From contig NC_135808.1 in assembly GCF_964213995.1 (NCBI RefSeq), positions 22,568,001 to 22,631,845 on the forward strand: a stretch of 63,845 nt of DNA. Direction: 5' to 3'. The notes beneath the pieces are model-generated. The model did no database searches. It had not been told where the DNA came from and worked only from the letters and a program-made list of their open reading frames with translations. The position numbers were made by a program, and so were the translations under genes. Shown here piece after piece: positions 58,420-63,845 of this stretch (position 1 is its first letter; each line of letters starts with the position of its first letter). The stretch is from Mustelus asterias. Lineage: Eukaryota.

Positions 58420-61255
58420 CATCATTCCTTTGTTTGGAAAACTAGTCTCGTTCAACCCTGCTGTCGAGAACTGGGCCCAAGGTGTGGATCACATGCATTA
58501 TTTTTTTCGGGCAAATGACATTATGGCAGATGAAAAACAAAGGGTGCTGTGAATGCTGTGGTGCTTGAGCGTTTGCTGTCATTCGGAGTTAAACTTTCCC
58601 TGAGGCCCCAGATACTAAAACCTTTCAAGAATTGCCTGAGGTCGTTGGAGAATGCTACAACCCCAAGCCACCTCTAATTTTGAAACAGTATTGTTTATAC
58701 TAAACAATCTGTTATGGGATTCGTAACTAGGTTAAGACAACTGGCGAAAGCATGTGAATTTATTTTAACTCTTAACAAGATGCTTAGAGACTGTCTGGTG
58801 TGCGGTATTAATAATGTGACTGTTCAAAAATGCCTATTAGCTGAAGCACAAGTGGACTTCAAACAGGTGCTACAGCAGGTTTTACCATTGGAAAATGCTG
58901 CATGTGGAGCATATGAGTTGCAAGCCATCCCGAAGTGGACACCCGCGCCAGTCCGACTGAGTTCAGGGACCACTATTTGAGAGCAGGCAATTACATAGCC
59001 TCCCTCAGGAAGTATCCAGATACACATAACTCCAGGTCTGCACAAAGCAAAGCCAAACTTCGACCAAACAGTCACAAGTCCTACCTGATAGCAACAGCAA
59101 AGGAGTCCTACAGGACTGAGATTTAGTAAAGCAACTTGTAGTCCGGTATCCAGGAGTGTTCACACCCTGGGAAGATCCACCTACATCTGATTTAGTGCAA
59201 TTAAATTGCATATCGATGTCCAAATCAGATCAAATCAAGATTAACGTATGGTTAAGTGGACATCTGGTACTAATGGAAGTTGATATCGATGCGGCAGTAT
59301 CAGTGTTCAGAGAATCAGCGTTCCATAAAATTCACTATGGACTCTAGCGCTTATTGTTACTGAAGACCTCAGCAAGATAGGGAACCTGTATCGGGGAACC
59401 TTTCTGAATTTTGAGTGGAACCCCTGACCCTGTCTCCTATGAAAAGCAGCTGGTTCAGTTACCAATGATTGTAGTGAGGGCATGGGGAAGCCTAATGGTG
59501 TGAAATTGGTTGCAAGAGATCCACCTTGGCTCAACATCTTCAGCCAGAGAATGGCTGCCTTAGTGAAGTCCTGCCGAAGTACGCTAAAGCTTTCCTTGAA
59601 GGTCTTGGGACTATCAAAGGAGCCAAGGCGACCTTACCTGTTGACGAGGAAGTGATTCCACAATTTTGCAAGGCCCGCCCAGCGCCATTTGACTTACGAG
59701 TAAAAGTTGAAGCAGAAATCCAAAGACTGGAACGTGAAGGGATCATCAAACCAGTCCAATTTGTGGAATGGGCAGCACCAGTCTTACCAATTTTGAAGCC
59801 AGGTGGATCATTCCATCTTTGCGGGGATCCGAAACAAACGGGAAACTGTTTCTTGCAGCTGGTTGGAAGGATGACTCTTGTTTGTGAAACTTGACATGAA
59901 TCACGCTTACTTACAATTACAACTAGATGACGATTCCCAGAGATATTCAGCAATTCATACTCAGAAGGGCCCTGAGCGATCCACTTGTCTGCCATTTGGG
60001 GTATAGTCACCCTGTTCAACCTTCCAGCGAACGATGGAGAACATTTTGCAAAGCCTCCCTCAGGTTGCTATATATCTGGATGAAGTCCTCTGAACTGGTA
60101 AAAAAAAAGAAACACTTAAAGAACCTTGAGGAAGTTCTCAGTCAATTTTTCAAGGCAGGTGTACGCCTACGAAGGGAACAAATGTGTAATCCAGGTTCCC
60201 CCAAGAGAAAGCTCCATCTCAATAGCAAAGGTACAAAGAAGAAAGAAGTTCCAGGCAGAAGAATCAACAGAGAAAGCCCAAATATTCCGGAAGACACAAA
60301 AACTTTGTTAATAAGTGGGAATTGTATTCACCTGAACAGCATTCCATTTGAATCATTTTATTCAGGTTGTTAATAGTTTAGTTAACTTGTTCACTGTCAA
60401 TTCGATAAATAAGTTGTTCCTTGTTGATTTTTGAGAGTGTCAGGGAGTTATTTTGATTGAACCAGTAAAAGTTGCTGAAGAGCAGATTGTACCACTTCAC
60501 ACTCACTTTTACAGATTATGGCGAGTTGCTCCTCTTTGAGTGGTGAGGCCTTAGTTCTCAGAGGGGGGATCAACCTCGGCTTCATAACAATAACCTATTT
60601 GGGAAATTAAGCCCATTCGTGCCTCCATCCTGGCTCCATTACACCAACTACTAAAAAAAGATCAGCCTTGAGAGTCGTCTTCCAGTCAATCCTTGGCTTT
60701 CAATAAAGTAAAGCAACAACTTTCCTCTTTTAATGTACTGGCGCATTATGATCCCAGGAAAGAACGACCACTGACCCGTGACACATCCTTGTATGGCTTC
60801 ATGACGGCTTTGGCACATAGGTGGCCAAACAGAGTGGAATTGCTTATGCTCCCAGGACCTTGACTATTGCAAAAAAGCCTATGTCGAAAAAGAAGGGTTG
60901 GCGGTGATATTAGGAGTGAAAAGGTTCCACCAGCGCCATTATGGGTAGAAATTTGTCATTAAGACACAGACCACAAGCCACTCCTCGGACTGTTTAAAGA
61001 GGACAAGGCAGTGTTGCCCATAACATCAGCCCAATCCAGCAGTGGGCTTTATTACTGACCGCCTACAATTACCAATTGGAACACTGTCCAGGAGGCCTTG
61101 AGCTGACTATCATTAGCAGATATCCGATCGGTGGTATCCCCAGTGGAAGAGTCTGTAATGACAATGATTTTTTTTGGAGACTTTCCCAGTGCCACTAAAT
61201 AAGATTTGACCGTGGACTAAAAAAGGCCCAGTCTTTGCTAAATTTAAAACATTCA
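58420..61255 (+). mobile_element. Degenerate Ty3/Gypsy LTR-retrotransposon internal region (gag-pro-RT-RNaseH relic)
   Basis: gag PLFGKL..F.P..ENW...YFFRANDI and LRDCLVCGIN, protease-like MEVDIDAAVSV, RT KARPAPF...EIQRLEREGIIKPV...WAAPV. Many stops. LTR-like sequence at ~56275-57124 is interrupted by a SINE and a CR1. Confidence 0.8.
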
Positions 61256-61449
61256 TTTGTGGGACATGGATGTTGCTGACTGGCCAGCATTTATTGCCCA
61301 CCCCTAGTTGTCCTTGTCCGGAGGGCATTTGAGAGTCAACCACATTGCTGTGGATCTGAAGTGACAAGTAGGCCAGACCAGGTAAGGACGGCAGATTTTT
61401 TTCCCTAAAGGACATTATTCAACCCAGATGATTTTTTTTTTGACAATTG

Positions 61450-61880
61450 ACAGTGATAGTGCCGGGGATTGTCAGAGGATACAACAGGATATCGATAGGT
61501 AGATTGGAGACTTGGGCACAAAAATGGGAGATGGAGTTTAATCTGGATTGATGTGAGGTGATGCATTTTGGAGGTTCAAATGTAGGTGTGAATTATACGT
61601 AAATAGCAGAACTCTTCGGTACATTAACATACAGAGGGATCTGGGTGTGCAGGTCCACAGTTACCTAAAAGTGGCAACACAAGTGGCCAAGGTGATTAAG
61701 AAATCATTTGGCATGCTTGCCTTTATCAGCTGGGGCATTGAGTCCAAGAGTTGGGAAATCATGTTGCAGCCATATAAAACCTTGATTAGGCCGTATTTGG
61801 AGTATTTTGTGCTGTTCTGGTCACCACCCTATCAGAAGGACGTAGAAGCTTTGGAGAGAGTGCAAGGAAGGTTCACCAGG
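61450..61880 (+). mobile_element. CR1 fragment
   Basis: QVHSYLKVATQV...LIRPYLEYFVLFWSP. Confidence 0.75.
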
Positions 61881-63845
61881 AGTGACAGAAGGTGGGAAAT
61901 GGTGTTCTGCAGTAATCAACGCTGGAATCACCACTGTTCACACTTTACACTCACTTATTTGGACATTGGAATCGAAACACAATTTCTCAATTTGCTAAGG
62001 TCACCAAATTGGGACGAATTATTCGATATGCTACAAAATAATAGAACATTAATAAACTTGTAGAATGGGCAAATAATTGGTGAATGGAGTTCAGCACAGA
62101 TAAACATGAGGTAGTTTTCTATTAGGGGTGAATAGAGAGGTCACTTATTACTTAGGAGGTGCCGGGCTGGATGGGGTTGAGGAACAAAGGGATTTCGGTT
62201 TACGTTAAACCAATCCGCAACAGATTAGGCAAAGCCATGAACAAAATAAATGGAAAATCAGTCTTTATTTCTAGAGGGATAGAATTGTAAAGCACGGAAG
62301 TTATTGCTAAACTGTTATCAAATCATGATTAGACCACATTTACAGACTGTGTGCAGTTCCAGTCACCATTTTACAGAAGGGTTTTTACTCACAGGAGAGG
62401 ACATAGAGAAGATTTACAGAGATGATTCAAGGAATGAGTGGGTGGACATCTCAGTGAAGGATTGACTGGCTGGGTCTCTGCTCTCAGGAAAACAGAGGGC
62501 TGAGGGTTGACCTAATCGAAGATTTAAAATTAGGAAAGGTTTTCATAGACTGGACACAGAAAGAGTGTTTCCTCTTGTGGGAAGAATGTAACTCGGGGTC
62601 ATCAATACAAGATGGTCACCAAGAAACACAATAGGGAATTCAAGAGAAACTTATTCACTCAAAGAGTGATGTGAATGTGGAGCTCGCTGCCACAGGGAGT
62701 GCTTGAAGTGAACAGTATAGTTTAAGGGGAATGAATGAGGAGGAAATATGTAGTTAAGATGGTCAGTTTCGATGAGGGAAGATGGGAGGAGGATCAAATG
62801 GAGCATAAACACCAGCATCAACTAGATGGGCCAAATGGCCAGGTTCTGAGTCAGGTATTCTATGTTTTCTGATTGTCTCTCTCGCTCTCTAATTCACTCT
62901 CTCTCCATCATTCTCAGGTTCTCTCTCCTCTCTTCCTCTCACATTCTCTCTCTCTCTCTGATTCTCACTTTTCCCTCTCCCTGATTCACTCAGTCTCTCT
63001 GATTCTCTCTCTCTAACAGAACCAAAGTCTCGCTCCCAGGTTGCTGTTACTGTCGGGATTGTGGTCGGGGTCCTCATGCTCATCGCTCTCATCATTATGG
63101 CTGTCGTCATCTACAACAAGAAAGGTAGGAATTGGAGGGAAAAGAGCAGCTCCTTACTGGGGGGAGGGATTGTGGGAGAGTATTCCAGGGTGGGGGGGCT
63201 CAGGCTGTGGGTCTCAGGTTGGTGTGGGGGTCACAGAGTGGATGGAAGAGCCCAGGGTTGGGATAGGGAGGATAAGGGGCTCATGATAAAAGGGAAGAGT
63301 CTGAGAATTGTGGGAAGGGTCTCAGATTGAATGACGAGTTTAGGGTATCAGTGAGGGTCCCGGGTCAGTGCGGGAGTGAGGGTCTTCAGTCAGTGTGGGA
63401 GTGAGGGTCTTCAGTCAGTGCGAGAGTGAGGGTCCCCGGTCAGAGGGGAGTGAGGGTCCTGGGTCAGAGGGGGGAGTGAGGGTCCTAGGTCAGAGGCGGA
63501 GTGAGGGTCCCGGCGAAAGAGGGGGAAGTGAGGGTCCCAGGTCAGAAGAGGAATGAGGGTCCCGGGTCACAGGGGGAGTGAGGGTCCCGGTTCACTGTGG
63601 GAGTGAGGGTCCTGGTCAGGGTGAGAGTGAGGATTTCAGAATTGTGTTGTCGGGGCTCAGTACGAGCGAGAGTTCCAGCCTCTGTCTCTGATTTTCTCTC
63701 AGTCTCGTCACTCACTGAGCATTCCATGTTTTACAGGGAGAGGGAAGAGTGACTACAATCCTGCAAATAGTAAGCTGATCATCAAATATCGTCTCTGCGT
63801 AACTGTGTGAATCACCATTGATTCTGTGTCATATAGTGTGTGTGT

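Larger units (their letters stand above)
52855..63769 (+). pseudogene. MHC class I gene 3, probable pseudogene (last exon lies beyond the window)
   Basis: Exons 52855-52903, 53203-53463, 53799-54071, 55378-55640 (263 nt vs 264), 63020-63124, 63737-63769. There is a 1-nt deletion (TAC to TC, about 55539) and a TGA at 55547-55549 in the ancestral frame. Confidence 0.85.

Overview
Eukaryotic DNA, most likely from a cartilaginous fish (inferred from the CR1, Penelope and SINE families and the class I sequence style). Bases 1-11567 are a 33-bp satellite, and 11568-11767 are a 200-N gap. After the gap is a head-to-tail tandem cluster of three MHC class I heavy-chain genes on the + strand. Gene 1 (14516-20457) and gene 2 (32381-37493) each splice to an intact 7-exon, 343-aa ORF. 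Gene 3 (52855 to beyond the window end) has a frameshift and a nonsense codon in alpha3. All three look nonclassical: Y59 is lost, Lys is at position 63, and T143/K146/W147 are variably lost (HLA numbering by manual alignment). Genes 1 and 2 are nearly identical elsewhere but differ strongly and non-synonymously at the F-pocket half of the groove. Each gene has a well-spaced S-X-Y promoter module, and introns 1 and 3 begin with tandem arrays of reiterated 5' splice donors. Spacer DNA holds CR1 LINEs, a Penelope/GIY-YIG element with a hammerhead core, tRNA-derived SINEs, a Gypsy relic and several minisatellites. The long ORFs in 1-11567 are repeat artefacts.
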